From IMG/VR virus record IMGVR_UViG_3300043427_002441, positions 1 to 55,132 of that record: a stretch of DNA of 55,132 nucleotides; one strand, 5' to 3'. Position 1 is the stretch's first letter. Each line of letters opens with the position of its first letter. The notes under the pieces are model-generated. The model saw nothing but the letters and a program-made list of their open reading frames with translations, searched no databases and had not been told where the DNA came from. A program made the translations under genes and the position numbers. This DNA comes from a virus. Its lineage: Duplodnaviria; Caudoviricetes. Positions 1-8,643 of the stretch are shown here, in pieces.

Positions 1-97
1 TAATGTGCTCCTCTGGAATCATTTCTTCATCATAGATGCCACCTGTGCGGTCCCAAGTGGAATCAAACTTCAGAGTGATTTTTGCTTCGTAGGTCAT
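1..97 (-). CDS. hypothetical early protein (runs off the window edge)
   Basis: ATG at 97, open frame MTYEAKITLKFDSTWDRTGG..., directly downstream of a sigma70-type promoter. Confidence 0.6.
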   Translation of the reverse strand, partial: MTYEAKITLKFDSTWDRTGGIYDEEMIPEEHI

Positions 98-119
98 TTT
101 CAGGTCTTTTGATACACAT

Positions 120-176
120 ACTATAAACCCTCTTAACCCGAAAGTCAAGAGGGAGTGGACGGTTTTGAAACTGGAC
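120..176 (-). promoter_or_regulatory. early sigma70-type promoter with upstream conserved motif
   Basis: TTGACT(148-143)-17 nt-TATAGT(125-120); upstream motif GTCCAGTTTCAAAACCGTCCAC at 176-155. Confidence 0.75.
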
Positions 177-367
177 TACGCTGAAAGTATTTTCCTACAC
201 ACTCTCTTACACTCTTGCTGACTATCAGTACATTCAATCATACACTGATAGTAATCATTAATAATGTCACCTTGCTCCACAAATTCATCTATTGTTTTTT
301 CTAATTGTCTCCAAGAAGCTAGTTGATTATAGGAAATAAGATTGTGCATAATGTCCTCCACACACAA
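176..367 (-). CDS. small cysteine-containing hypothetical protein
   Basis: 63-aa ORF (probable start MHNLISYNQ) with C-terminal CxxxC...CxxxC; typical small cyanophage protein. Confidence 0.6.
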   Translation of the reverse strand: MCVEDIMHNLISYNQLASWRQLEKTIDEFVEQGDIINDYYQCMIECTDSQQECKRVCRKILSA

Positions 368-459
368 AGAATATTATAATAAAGAAATTTTATGCTGTAG
401 TACTCTCACAGTATTAATTTAGCATACAATGTTCGTTTTGTGTGAGTTTCTTAATAGAA

Positions 460-564
460 CTACATACCACCCTCTATCTTACCAACAATATAACCAATCA
501 CTACTCCACACATAAATGCTACAAACAAATAAAGTTCATGTGAAGCAAATTGTATGAATTCCAT
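460..564 (-). CDS. small membrane peptide, 34 aa (not in ORF track)
   Basis: MEFIQFASHELYLFVAFMCGVVIGYIVGKIEGGM*; start overlaps the upstream stop; one hydrophobic helix. Confidence 0.55.
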   Translation of the reverse strand: MEFIQFASHELYLFVAFMCGVVIGYIVGKIEGGM

Positions 565-761
565 CAGGAAAGTCCTTTCAAAACCGCTTGAAGTTTATTT
601 GCACGGTTGGAATAACTTTGCTCCCATTCTTGTAAAATGTCTACAATATCTCCCAGTACAACTTCGGTAGAAGCATCATCCTCAAAATATTTCTGTATTG
701 CTTCTGCCAGATAGCGTTTCCTGCTCCACTCTGGAGAATAAGGTTTGTAGTCCATAATCAA
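564..761 (-). CDS. hypothetical protein
   Basis: 65-aa ORF in a tightly packed minus-strand run. Confidence 0.6.
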   Translation of the reverse strand: MIMDYKPYSPEWSRKRYLAEAIQKYFEDDASTEVVLGDIVDILQEWEQSYSNRANKLQAVLKGLS

Positions 762-788
762 AACATATATGCAAAAATTATAAGGTAT

Positions 789-935
789 CTATACGTTTTC
801 GTCAAGTGATATGAGATAATTCACCCACCATTCAGGATCCTTGGGCACATACCAAAGTGGTTCCGGTTTTCCCGCTTCAAAATACCAGTCACTGATTGCT
901 TTACGAACAGTTTCACCAATAGTTATCGTCTTCAT
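789..935 (-). CDS. hypothetical Trp-rich small protein
   Basis: probable start MKTITIGE at 935; packs against neighbours. Confidence 0.45.
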   Translation of the reverse strand: MKTITIGETVRKAISDWYFEAGKPEPLWYVPKDPEWWVNYLISLDENV

Positions 936-1113
936 TCTCTGGGTCAAAATCGTTATAGACGTTGGGGAGAAATGGTCCGTGGGGTCGTTTTGCATCTTCT
1001 TTTACATACTTGACTTCAGAAACACTAGATGACAACCATAGAGATACTTTCATTATTATGTAGATTACTGCAAGTGGTAGGAAACATAGGGATACAATGA
1101 ATGCGTGTTTCAT
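913..1113 (-). CDS. hypothetical membrane protein
   Basis: N-terminal hydrophobic helix, acidic tail. Confidence 0.6.
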   Translation of the reverse strand: MKHAFIVSLCFLPLAVIYIIMKVSLWLSSSVSEVKYVKEDAKRPHGPFLPNVYNDFDPENEDDNYW

Positions 1114-1116
1114 ATC

Positions 1117-1353
1117 TCATATAAGTTCTTTTTCTTTGAGAAACTGAAGTGTCTCTTTCAATCCCCCAATATGCTTATAATCAATCGCAATTTGCGGGAA
1201 ATCTGCTTCTTCACCGAACTCACCCACAAATGCCCTTCTATCAAAATCTTTTCCATACTTATACTCCAAATAATTTATATTAACACTATTAAATAACATT
1301 CGTGCTCTTTCACACTCTTGGCATTTATCTTTAGAATACAATACTGCTTGCAT
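1117..1353 (-). CDS. glutaredoxin-like protein
   Basis: MQAVLYSKDKCQEC (CxxC), FPQI and HIGG glutaredoxin motifs. Confidence 0.85.
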   Translation of the reverse strand: MQAVLYSKDKCQECERARMLFNSVNINYLEYKYGKDFDRRAFVGEFGEEADFPQIAIDYKHIGGLKETLQFLKEKELI

Positions 1354-1685
1354 CAGTCTCTTTGCCTCCAATCATCAGGTTTATCTTCACTGAACCAATC
1401 TGCTATATCATCTGCACCATTAAATCCACCTCTACCAAATCTTTCATGACCTAAACCACCAATATCAAGTTGGTTCAAAAAATCATCCAAACTTCCTTCC
1501 ACCATGTCAGGATTTTCTGCCTTTCTTCTTGCCTGTCTGAGTAGAGTAGCAGCAGAACGATTTGCCTTTGCGAGTTTTTCTGCCCAGATCATTTCCTCTA
1601 AACTAACCTCTTCACGAAGAGCAATCTTTTGGCAGATACCTTCCAAACGCAAGCGATATTGTGTAGAAAGCATGTGATTCTCCAA
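1353..1685 (-). CDS. conserved cyanophage hypothetical protein
   Basis: MLSTQYRLRLE...DWRQRD; late-promoter-like CTAAATA at 1701-1695 upstream. Confidence 0.7.
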   Translation of the reverse strand: MENHMLSTQYRLRLEGICQKIALREEVSLEEMIWAEKLAKANRSAATLLRQARRKAENPDMVEGSLDDFLNQLDIGGLGHERFGRGGFNGADDIADWFSEDKPDDWRQRD

Positions 1686-1704
1686 TTATAAGGATATTTA
1701 GACT

Positions 1705-1968
1705 TTACAAATTATTCTTTGATTTTTCTAAAAACTCTTTTTCAAGGTCTTTTGCCATCTTATCGTATTTCCACTTCATCATCAAGTTGGTGATAGGATT
1801 GCGTGGGTGAAATCTTATCATCCATAACATTCTTTCAGTATTGACTCTGAGTATCTTGAATATCAGAGTCAAATAGATTACCACATTTTCGTCTACCCAC
1901 ATAAGATATGCAAGTATTGCGAAAATAACAAGGCAACCTGATTGAAATGGAGTCATTAGTCCCACCAT
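1705..1968 (-). CDS. hypothetical membrane protein
   Basis: hydrophobic N-terminal half; operon packing. Confidence 0.6.
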   Translation of the reverse strand: MVGLMTPFQSGCLVIFAILAYLMWVDENVVIYLTLIFKILRVNTERMLWMIRFHPRNPITNLMMKWKYDKMAKDLEKEFLEKSKNNL

Positions 1969-2504
1969 AGTTCTAGTGATTTGAGAGCACGATAGAATTG
2001 CCCTGCATAGTATGTATCAGGATTATACATCTGCTGCAATTCTTTGATGTATGCAATAATACCTTCTGTGGCAGGATTTATCTCAAAAAACTCATAGAAC
2101 CGGAAGACATCAAACTTCTCATTATACTGGAACATCGTGCCCCAGTTTTCCTGATATCCTTTCGTGTAAACATCTTCTCTTTCAAGACCATTATCATTCA
2201 AGAATTCAATTTGAATCAATCCATCTTCATCTTCACCTTGAATTTTATCCAATAAATCTTTTCCAGTTTTTTTATTAATTACACGGAGACCATCGGAATA
2301 TTTCCGATGAAGGTCCAAATCCTGAACAATTTCGGACTTTTTCCACTCATTACATTCGTCCAGAAACTTCTGCTTTGTGCTGTAGTATTCATCATCAGTA
2401 TCAGACGCACGAAAAACAAGGTTGATTTTGTAGCAACCTTGTTCGTGATATGAGTTCCACTTTCTGTGAGAAAAGTGAAGTATTTCAAATGAGGATTGGT
2501 TCAT
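1956..2504 (-). CDS. hypothetical protein
   Basis: 182-aa ORF overlapping neighbours by a few codons. Confidence 0.65.
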   Translation of the reverse strand: MNQSSFEILHFSHRKWNSYHEQGCYKINLVFRASDTDDEYYSTKQKFLDECNEWKKSEIVQDLDLHRKYSDGLRVINKKTGKDLLDKIQGEDEDGLIQIEFLNDNGLEREDVYTKGYQENWGTMFQYNEKFDVFRFYEFFEINPATEGIIAYIKELQQMYNPDTYYAGQFYRALKSLELWWD

Positions 2505-2667
2505 TGTCCTTTGCCTTCAGTTCATAGAGATATTCTAACAGAGCAACCTTGATTTCCTCAAGTTCTTTTTCACACTGAAGGGTTTTGGCAACACTACGAA
2601 TTTCGTGGTGACTGGTATGCAAATCTTCAATTACAAGGTCAATTGCCTGCTTTTGTTTTGGAGTCAT
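2485..2667 (-). CDS. hypothetical protein
   Basis: 60-aa helical ORF in operon. Confidence 0.55.
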   Translation of the reverse strand: MTPKQKQAIDLVIEDLHTSHHEIRSVAKTLQCEKELEEIKVALLEYLYELKAKDNEPILI

Positions 2668-2827
2668 TTGATTTGATGATTACTGGACAAGAGGGAACAA
2701 CTCTCTTAAGTTCCACAAGAATTTCCGTTTTTTGTTGCGGAGATAAGAGAGCAATGTTCTGTAACCGATTCAGAACTCCAATCACTTGATTACAACTAAG
2801 GATTGTAGTCAGGAACAAGGAACCCAT
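2639..2827 (-). CDS. hypothetical protein
   Basis: GGAG RBS upstream; CTAAATA at 2858-2852. Confidence 0.6.
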   Translation of the reverse strand: MGSLFLTTILSCNQVIGVLNRLQNIALLSPQQKTEILVELKRVVPSCPVIIKSNDSKTKAGN

Positions 2828-2854
2828 AACGGTCTCCTATTAGGTTGAATTTAT

Positions 2855-3073
2855 TTAGACCCCGAATCCTTTGCTCTTAACTTTTCCTTTACGCTTGGGT
2901 TTGTCAAGTACGTTTATAACATCCAAATAATCGGGAATTTGACTGTGAACGAACCAATACCCCTGAGCGTCGGTCCAATCATCAAAAAATACGGTTTTGC
3001 CGTTTTTGAGGACAAGTTCGTAGTTGTGGCGGTCGTATGGGGCGTCAGAAGTCTGCGAAAATACCTCCATCAC
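2855..3073 (-). CDS. hypothetical protein
   Basis: 72 aa, C-terminal KGFG motif common in small cyanophage proteins. Confidence 0.65.
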   Translation of the reverse strand: MMEVFSQTSDAPYDRHNYELVLKNGKTVFFDDWTDAQGYWFVHSQIPDYLDVINVLDKPKRKGKVKSKGFGV

Positions 3074-3270
3074 TGCATCCCATCAAACTGACGGACAAAC
3101 CGCACACAATCCTGAAACTGCTCCCATTCCTGATCTGAAAAATTATCAGATGCATAAGGAATCTGAACAATTGCTGCACAGAGTCGATTGACATTCAAGT
3201 AAACCATCATCTCATTTGCCGATGCCGGTTGAATGAACAAGAATGGTAAAATCAAAGCAAGTTTTTTCAT
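3070..3270 (-). CDS. hypothetical exported protein
   Basis: signal-peptide-like MKKLALILPFLFIQPASA. Confidence 0.6.
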   Translation of the reverse strand: MKKLALILPFLFIQPASANEMMVYLNVNRLCAAIVQIPYASDNFSDQEWEQFQDCVRFVRQFDGMQ

Positions 3271-3491
3271 AGAAATTCAGTCAGAGTTGAAACAGATTTA
3301 CCTTTAACTGCCTTTTTGATGTAAGAAACAGCAGTCTTATAGTTGTTTGCAGTGTGAACTTGTCTTCCATTATGAATGATGATGTACTTAGTTCCAGACC
3401 AGGGAACCGCTGCCCATTCACCATTTTTTGTTACATATCCATTTGGGTATCCTGGAACAGCGTCCAAGATACCTTCGTTTTGAGTATTCAT
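3267..3491 (-). CDS. hypothetical protein
   Basis: 74-aa ORF with ATGA overlaps on both sides. Confidence 0.65.
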   Translation of the reverse strand: MNTQNEGILDAVPGYPNGYVTKNGEWAAVPWSGTKYIIIHNGRQVHTANNYKTAVSYIKKAVKGKSVSTLTEFL

Positions 3492-3631
3492 CCAAACACA
3501 GCATTAACGCTTACAACTTTAGCAGTTGGATTTCGTGCCAGAGCAGTACGCTTGGCATCATCATAATTTCTTGCTTCCACAATCTCATCAAAGACTTTGC
3601 CAGCAACATAGAGTTGAACTTTGCAGCGCAT
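3488..3631 (-). CDS. small early protein, 47 aa (not in ORF track)
   Basis: MRCKVQLYVAGKVFDEIVEARNYDDAKRTALARNPTAKVVSVNAVFG*; strong AAGGAG RBS; first gene after an early promoter. Confidence 0.75.
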   Translation of the reverse strand: MRCKVQLYVAGKVFDEIVEARNYDDAKRTALARNPTAKVVSVNAVFG

Positions 3632-3657
3632 TGGATTTCTCCTTGAATTACAGAAGT

Positions 3658-3715
3658 ATTATAGGGTATCTCAAGTCTGTTGACAAGTTCAGTGTGCCAC
3701 TTCAGAATCTGTCAC
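3658..3715 (-). promoter_or_regulatory. early sigma70-type promoter with upstream conserved motif
   Basis: TTGTCA(3686-3681)-17 nt-TATAAT(3663-3658); motif GTGACAGATTCTGAAGTGGCAC at 3715-3694. Confidence 0.75.
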
Positions 3716-4300
3716 ATCATCATATTTGAAATATTTTAGAGCAATTGTAAATCTATGATAATTTCTAAAACTTGTTGCCCTATGTTGTATATCTCCATCA
3801 AAAATAATCATCCGATTTGGAACTGGTGGAACACCGTATATGGTATTGTCTGCATAAAACTGAGTTTCCCCACCCTCATTTAGATCCCATTTTTGATTAG
3901 CATAATATAAGCACGTATAAGCTTGGGATACTTCTTCCGGTCTATCAACATGAAAATATGGGTTTTCTCCAGGTGTAAAACAATTAATATACATCCTTTC
4001 CAATTTAAACTGATTTAATATTCTAAATTGAGAAAGACATTCTCTGTGAATTAAATCTAATATTTTCTTTCTTAAATTTACATTAGGATTATTTTCCTCA
4101 TGAAAATGAATGGGAAATATTTGATGAATCATCCCAATCACATATTCATCGGTGTATCTACCAACGCTTTCATCATTGTCGTCAACTTCACCATACAAAT
4201 ATGTTGCTTTTCTACAATAATCAGAAATGTAGTTAAAGACATCATCTGAGAAAAAATTATCTATTGCTCTTATATCAATTGCCATTTTATTCACATCCAT
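3689..4300 (-). CDS. 2OG-Fe(II) oxygenase (prolyl-hydroxylase-like)
   Basis: HxD (FHVD), W...GGET, PNRMIIFDG..HRA, R.TIA motifs. Confidence 0.85.
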   Translation of the reverse strand: MDVNKMAIDIRAIDNFFSDDVFNYISDYCRKATYLYGEVDDNDESVGRYTDEYVIGMIHQIFPIHFHEENNPNVNLRKKILDLIHRECLSQFRILNQFKLERMYINCFTPGENPYFHVDRPEEVSQAYTCLYYANQKWDLNEGGETQFYADNTIYGVPPVPNRMIIFDGDIQHRATSFRNYHRFTIALKYFKYDDVTDSEVAH

Positions 4301-4961
4301 AATTGAGAACTGTGATATTCATTGCTATCGTAATTCTAGGATAATCTAAAGTTTTAGGTGATGGGCACACAGAATGAACTAAATGCGAAGGGAACATAAT
4401 AAAATCTCCTTCCTCAATATCTGGATGATGATATTCATGAACTTCACCATATTGTAGACTTTCTATGTCTATTGAGGTTGACCTTATTTGTTCTATGGGG
4501 TCATGAAATCTTACTGGTTTATGTCTAGTCTTATCAAAAGATAGAAAATGAATGCAGGAAAAATGTGGACCTGCTTGGTCAGGACTTCTTCTAGATAAAT
4601 GATCATGTTGTTCTTGATACTCACCATCCGTGTAGCAATTATACCAAATTTCATCAATTACAACACGATAAGGTATTTGCCCATTACCAAAAAAATTATC
4701 AATGCACTTTGCATACTTTGGTTCAAGAACTGAATGATATGTTTTGTCCTCACCAAAAAATATTTCTTTTCCTGGTTTTTCTCCAGCAAATGAAGTCATA
4801 AGTTTGTTTGTAAACCAACCCTCAGGAATTTTTAATTCCTGAACATCATTCATAATTTTATCTACAAGAAGAGTTTTTATCTCATCATTATTTTCAACAC
4901 TATCTTGAAAGTATTTTACTGGAAATATAGGTATTACTCGTGAAGTGTTATTAAAATTCAT
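4287..4961 (-). CDS. 2OG-Fe(II) oxygenase (TIGR02466-like cyanophage family)
   Basis: WYN..., HDH, EGD..MFPS.L.HSV.P, RITIAMN motifs. Confidence 0.85.
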   Translation of the reverse strand: MNFNNTSRVIPIFPVKYFQDSVENNDEIKTLLVDKIMNDVQELKIPEGWFTNKLMTSFAGEKPGKEIFFGEDKTYHSVLEPKYAKCIDNFFGNGQIPYRVVIDEIWYNCYTDGEYQEQHDHLSRRSPDQAGPHFSCIHFLSFDKTRHKPVRFHDPIEQIRSTSIDIESLQYGEVHEYHHPDIEEGDFIMFPSHLVHSVCPSPKTLDYPRITIAMNITVLNYGCE

Positions 4962-4999
4962 ACATTAAGTATATTCTTGTTTTAATTATAACAGATAAT

Positions 5000-6238
5000 C
5001 TACTTTTTCACAACACTGATGGCAGGTTGCCCCTGATTGAACACAGTGTCCACCACCGCCTGCACCTTCCTAGCGGTGCTCACGCCCACGGAGGAGTACA
5101 CAGGGATGCAGACCAACCCAAAGGACTTGGTGTAGTCTTGAAGGGCACCAGGGGCGATTCTGCCGCTGCTGAGACCCGCTGCATCGTCCTTGTGCAGGCG
5201 GATGACCCGCCCGATGGTCTGAGAGATGCCGATGTAATCCATGGAGCGCATGAACAGCACCGCTTCCAGACCGGAAACATTGATACCCTCACTCAGAATA
5301 CTGTGATGCAGAACCACAAACTTCTTGGAATCATCCTTACCCCAGGCGCTCAGAGTGTCGAAGAACACCTCACGGTTGACCTTCTGACCATCAATCACGG
5401 CACCAGTCTTGGAAGTGATGTACATCCAAGAGAAACCACGATCCTGAAGTTGTTGGCAGAAATCAGTTTGAGAAACCAAAGAAACAATCTGTTTGGTCGC
5501 CTTGGAGCAAATCAGAACCTTGCCCACATCTTGAGCATCGATAGTCTGAATCAGATTCTCACAGTCAACATCAGCAACGATTTGACCCTTACCCAGCATC
5601 TCAAACTGCTGCACCACAACCTTAGGAGGAACGATGAAACCACCTTGCACCAGTTCAGGAGCAGGAACGTTGCAGATAACCTGACCATAAACGGAAGAGT
5701 CATTCATGCCAGGTTTGGAAATAGTAGCAGAATGCTTAGGAGTAGCAGTGAAGAAATAGCAGCGGTCAGCAGCAGAAGCGAAGTGCTCCGTAGCAGGGAA
5801 AAAGTGACGCTGAACGGAATTGTGTGCTTCATCGAAGTAAATGGTATCAACGTGAAGGTCTGCCTGCTGCAGGCGCTGCAGAGAGTTGTAGGTGGTGAAA
5901 ATCAGTTGATGCTTGTAGGCACGGCGGGACCAGTTATAAATCTCGGAAGGTTTGGTGGTGCTTTGGTGATGAGTCTCACCACTATGAACGTGCAGAACAG
6001 CAGCAGTCGTGATAAACTCAAGAAACTCACTGGACAGTTGCTCTGCCAGAAGAATCCGAGGAGCAACCACTACGATGGTTTTAGGAGCATCAGTTTGAAA
6101 CTCACGCAGAGCATCAAAGATAGCGATATTGGTCTTGCCACCCCCGGTCGGAATAATCACCTGACCTTTGGAATGCTTGGCAAGGGAATCCAGAGCACGT
6201 TGCTGGTGGGGGCGAAGCGTGAAGGTCACAGGTCTCAT
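5000..6238 (-). CDS. superfamily 2 (DEAH, ResIII-like) helicase
   Basis: LRPHQ Q-motif, PTGGGKT Walker A, DEAH, TATP, LSEGI, QTIGRVIR; probable start MRPVTF at 6238. Confidence 0.9.
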   Translation of the reverse strand: MRPVTFTLRPHQQRALDSLAKHSKGQVIIPTGGGKTNIAIFDALREFQTDAPKTIVVVAPRILLAEQLSSEFLEFITTAAVLHVHSGETHHQSTTKPSEIYNWSRRAYKHQLIFTTYNSLQRLQQADLHVDTIYFDEAHNSVQRHFFPATEHFASAADRCYFFTATPKHSATISKPGMNDSSVYGQVICNVPAPELVQGGFIVPPKVVVQQFEMLGKGQIVADVDCENLIQTIDAQDVGKVLICSKATKQIVSLVSQTDFCQQLQDRGFSWMYITSKTGAVIDGQKVNREVFFDTLSAWGKDDSKKFVVLHHSILSEGINVSGLEAVLFMRSMDYIGISQTIGRVIRLHKDDAAGLSSGRIAPGALQDYTKSFGLVCIPVYSSVGVSTARKVQAVVDTVFNQGQPAISVVKK

Positions 6239-6251
6239 TGAATATAGGATT

Positions 6252-6309
6252 ATTATAGCACTAAAAAAGGGGGGTCGAAACCCCCCAGTGGACAGTTTGG
6301 AAAGTGGAT
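6252..6309 (-). promoter_or_regulatory. helicase promoter (extended -10) with upstream conserved motif
   Basis: TGCTATAAT; motif ATCCACTTTCCAAACTGTCCAC at 6309-6288. Confidence 0.65.
6263..6286 (-). terminator. intrinsic terminator ending the tail-fibre transcript
   Basis: GGGGGG-TTTCGA-CCCCCC followed by T6. Confidence 0.8.
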
Positions 6310-6316
6310 TCAAAAA

Positions 6317-8620
6317 TTATACAATTCCAACTCCATGAAGAATGAAAGTGTTTGATGCTACACATAATAAGAATCCCATACCATAATCTGGCAGTTGATG
6401 TGGGGCAGTAGAGGTGCTTCCAGCAAGTCTTACAGTAGCACCAACAGCATCATCTACATCACAAGTTCCAGTTGTAGAATTGACAAGGATAATAAAATCT
6501 CCAACTGAAAAAACACCAGAAGGAACAATAATTCCATTTGTAGTGTTGGTAATATAAACGTGTTTTCCAACATCAGAAGCCTGGAGAGTGTATGCTGTTG
6601 CTGATGTGCTTTGTGAGTTTTGTGGATAATCTCTAACGTTTCCAATTGAATCGTTAATGGTAGTTGCGGTCAGAATTCCACTGTTTCCACCATTAATCTG
6701 AACCCCACTACCTAAAAGTAGATAACCTCCTGCTGCTCCAGCTTCAGTAATGCCACGATACCCTACAGAAGTAATAATTCCAGTTGAACGAGTATTACCA
6801 TCGATTATAAGAGATGCGGCATTACTTAATGATCCATCAACTGGATCAGGAGGTGGTTTTCCAACATATAAGCTAGCAGAATCTCTTTCTGCAAGTGTTC
6901 CAGTATTACGGTCAGCTGCGCTTGTTGTTCCAATTCCGATTGAACCAAATAATGCACTAGCACCCAAAGCTTCTACAGTAATGTCTTCTCTGGGGAAACT
7001 TGCTGTTGAAATACCAATTCTTCCATTACTAATTATAACTGAAGATTGATCAGTTCCTACTTGAAATTCTGCAACGGGAGCAGCAGTTCCTACTCCAATA
7101 GAACTTGCAACATATGCAGTTGTTGCAACTGATATTATATTAAAAGTAGAAATTCCAGAGGTAATATTGATTTTAGTGTTTGCACCAAGAGATAGGTTGG
7201 CTTCACCATTAACTGTCAAATTATTAGCAATTGTAGCACTATTATTAACAGTTAAACTATTTGATACCGTTGCATCATTTGTGAAAAGGGTTTGTCCAAC
7301 ATATAAATCTTGAGTTACTGAAGCAATACCAGAAACTTTAAGTTTTTCTATACCCGCAAATTCTGTTGTTCCAAGTCCAAGTCTTCCTTGATAAGTTAAC
7401 GTCATTAATGGACTTGATGACAAATTCTTTCCATAAATCCAATTAAATGATCCAGTGTTAATTCCACTTGCAGTTGCAGTTAAACTTCCAGCATGTAAGT
7501 AAGAATTTACGCTACCTAAATCATAATTAATAATATCTAAAGATGCTCGATTACTATATTGATATGCGGCATTTGCATTACCGAATAATACTCCCGCAAC
7601 ATTTTGATTTTTACTAACACTTCTTCCTAAGAAAATTTGAGATTCAAGAGGACTAGTAATCTGCAATTCAGAGTTATCACTATCCTTAGAAATGTGTATA
7701 TCAGATGCTGGATTAGAGGTATTGATTCCAAGTGTTCCTGTTATAGATGCTATTCCAGTAATTTGAGTATCTCTCAATGAAGAAATTCCAGCCACCAATC
7801 TACCAGAAATTGTCGCAATTCCCGATATACTTACATTTCCAGATACATCTAATGCATTGGAAACTGTAGAAATACCAAATATTGAAGTATTTGCACTAAT
7901 GCTTGAAATAGAAACTCTAGCATTGGAAGTTAAATCTCTTGCAGTACTTGCAATTCCAACAAGTGAACCTTCAACATTTCCAATAAGTTTATTATTTACA
8001 ATAATATTATTAACCTGAAGAGGATCAGGAATTTGAGGATTTGTAAGTTGAGGAACTACGCTTACTGGAAGAACTCCTTCAGTCACATTTGTAGCATCAA
8101 TTGAAGTAAGTCCTATACCACTTCCATAAAATATGAAAGCACTTACAATACCAAGACTGTAAACATTTCCGTTTGAATTAATACCAATACCTGGCAATCC
8201 TAGTCTAGGATCTGCACCAACTTGGAAAGACCAAAGAGGAGAATTTGTAGCAACACCAACATTACCAGCAGCATATATGCTAGTGAATCCTAAGCCAACA
8301 TCAACATCAACCCATTGTGATGTTGGTAAATTGGAAAGTGTGCCACCGTCACCATAAAATGCGGTTGCTGTTACAACACCAGAGGAACCTTGAATCTGAA
8401 CATTATTTCCAGATCTAATTTCATTAAAGGTTCCAATTCCACTAAGTTGTTGATTATTTGCAATTAAAAGATTATTAAATTTTACATTCCCATCTGTGAC
8501 TTCAAATCTTTCGGAAGGTAAGGAAGTTCCAATACCAACTAAACTTCCACGTACAATAAATTTATCTACATCTACCTGAACACCATTCCTAAAGTTAAAT
8601 GATTTATTGAAATTAGTCAT
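6317..8620 (-). CDS. tail-fibre-like virion structural protein
   Basis: repeated VGIGT/LGIxT beta-strand motifs; late promoter CTAAATA at 8647-8641. Confidence 0.75.
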   Translation of the reverse strand: MTNFNKSFNFRNGVQVDVDKFIVRGSLVGIGTSLPSERFEVTDGNVKFNNLLIANNQQLSGIGTFNEIRSGNNVQIQGSSGVVTATAFYGDGGTLSNLPTSQWVDVDVGLGFTSIYAAGNVGVATNSPLWSFQVGADPRLGLPGIGINSNGNVYSLGIVSAFIFYGSGIGLTSIDATNVTEGVLPVSVVPQLTNPQIPDPLQVNNIIVNNKLIGNVEGSLVGIASTARDLTSNARVSISSISANTSIFGISTVSNALDVSGNVSISGIATISGRLVAGISSLRDTQITGIASITGTLGINTSNPASDIHISKDSDNSELQITSPLESQIFLGRSVSKNQNVAGVLFGNANAAYQYSNRASLDIINYDLGSVNSYLHAGSLTATASGINTGSFNWIYGKNLSSSPLMTLTYQGRLGLGTTEFAGIEKLKVSGIASVTQDLYVGQTLFTNDATVSNSLTVNNSATIANNLTVNGEANLSLGANTKINITSGISTFNIISVATTAYVASSIGVGTAAPVAEFQVGTDQSSVIISNGRIGISTASFPREDITVEALGASALFGSIGIGTTSAADRNTGTLAERDSASLYVGKPPPDPVDGSLSNAASLIIDGNTRSTGIITSVGYRGITEAGAAGGYLLLGSGVQINGGNSGILTATTINDSIGNVRDYPQNSQSTSATAYTLQASDVGKHVYITNTTNGIIVPSGVFSVGDFIILVNSTTGTCDVDDAVGATVRLAGSTSTAPHQLPDYGMGFLLCVASNTFILHGVGIV

Positions 8621-8643
8621 CGGTGAATTATTTTTTTAATTAT

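Noticed and set aside
392-465. NtcA/CRP-like sites upstream of ORF 176..367
   Set aside because: Half-site spacing does not fit GTA-N8-TAC or TGTGA-N6-TCACA
3689-4961. 2OG-Fe(II) oxygenases as prolyl hydroxylases for the collagen
   Set aside because: The collagen helix has no proline, the genes are about 45 kb away, and such oxygenases are common in cyanophages
5027-6241. 404-aa plus-strand ORF antisense to the helicase
   Set aside because: Codon-register mirror of a codon-biased gene; no motifs; typical antisense shadow
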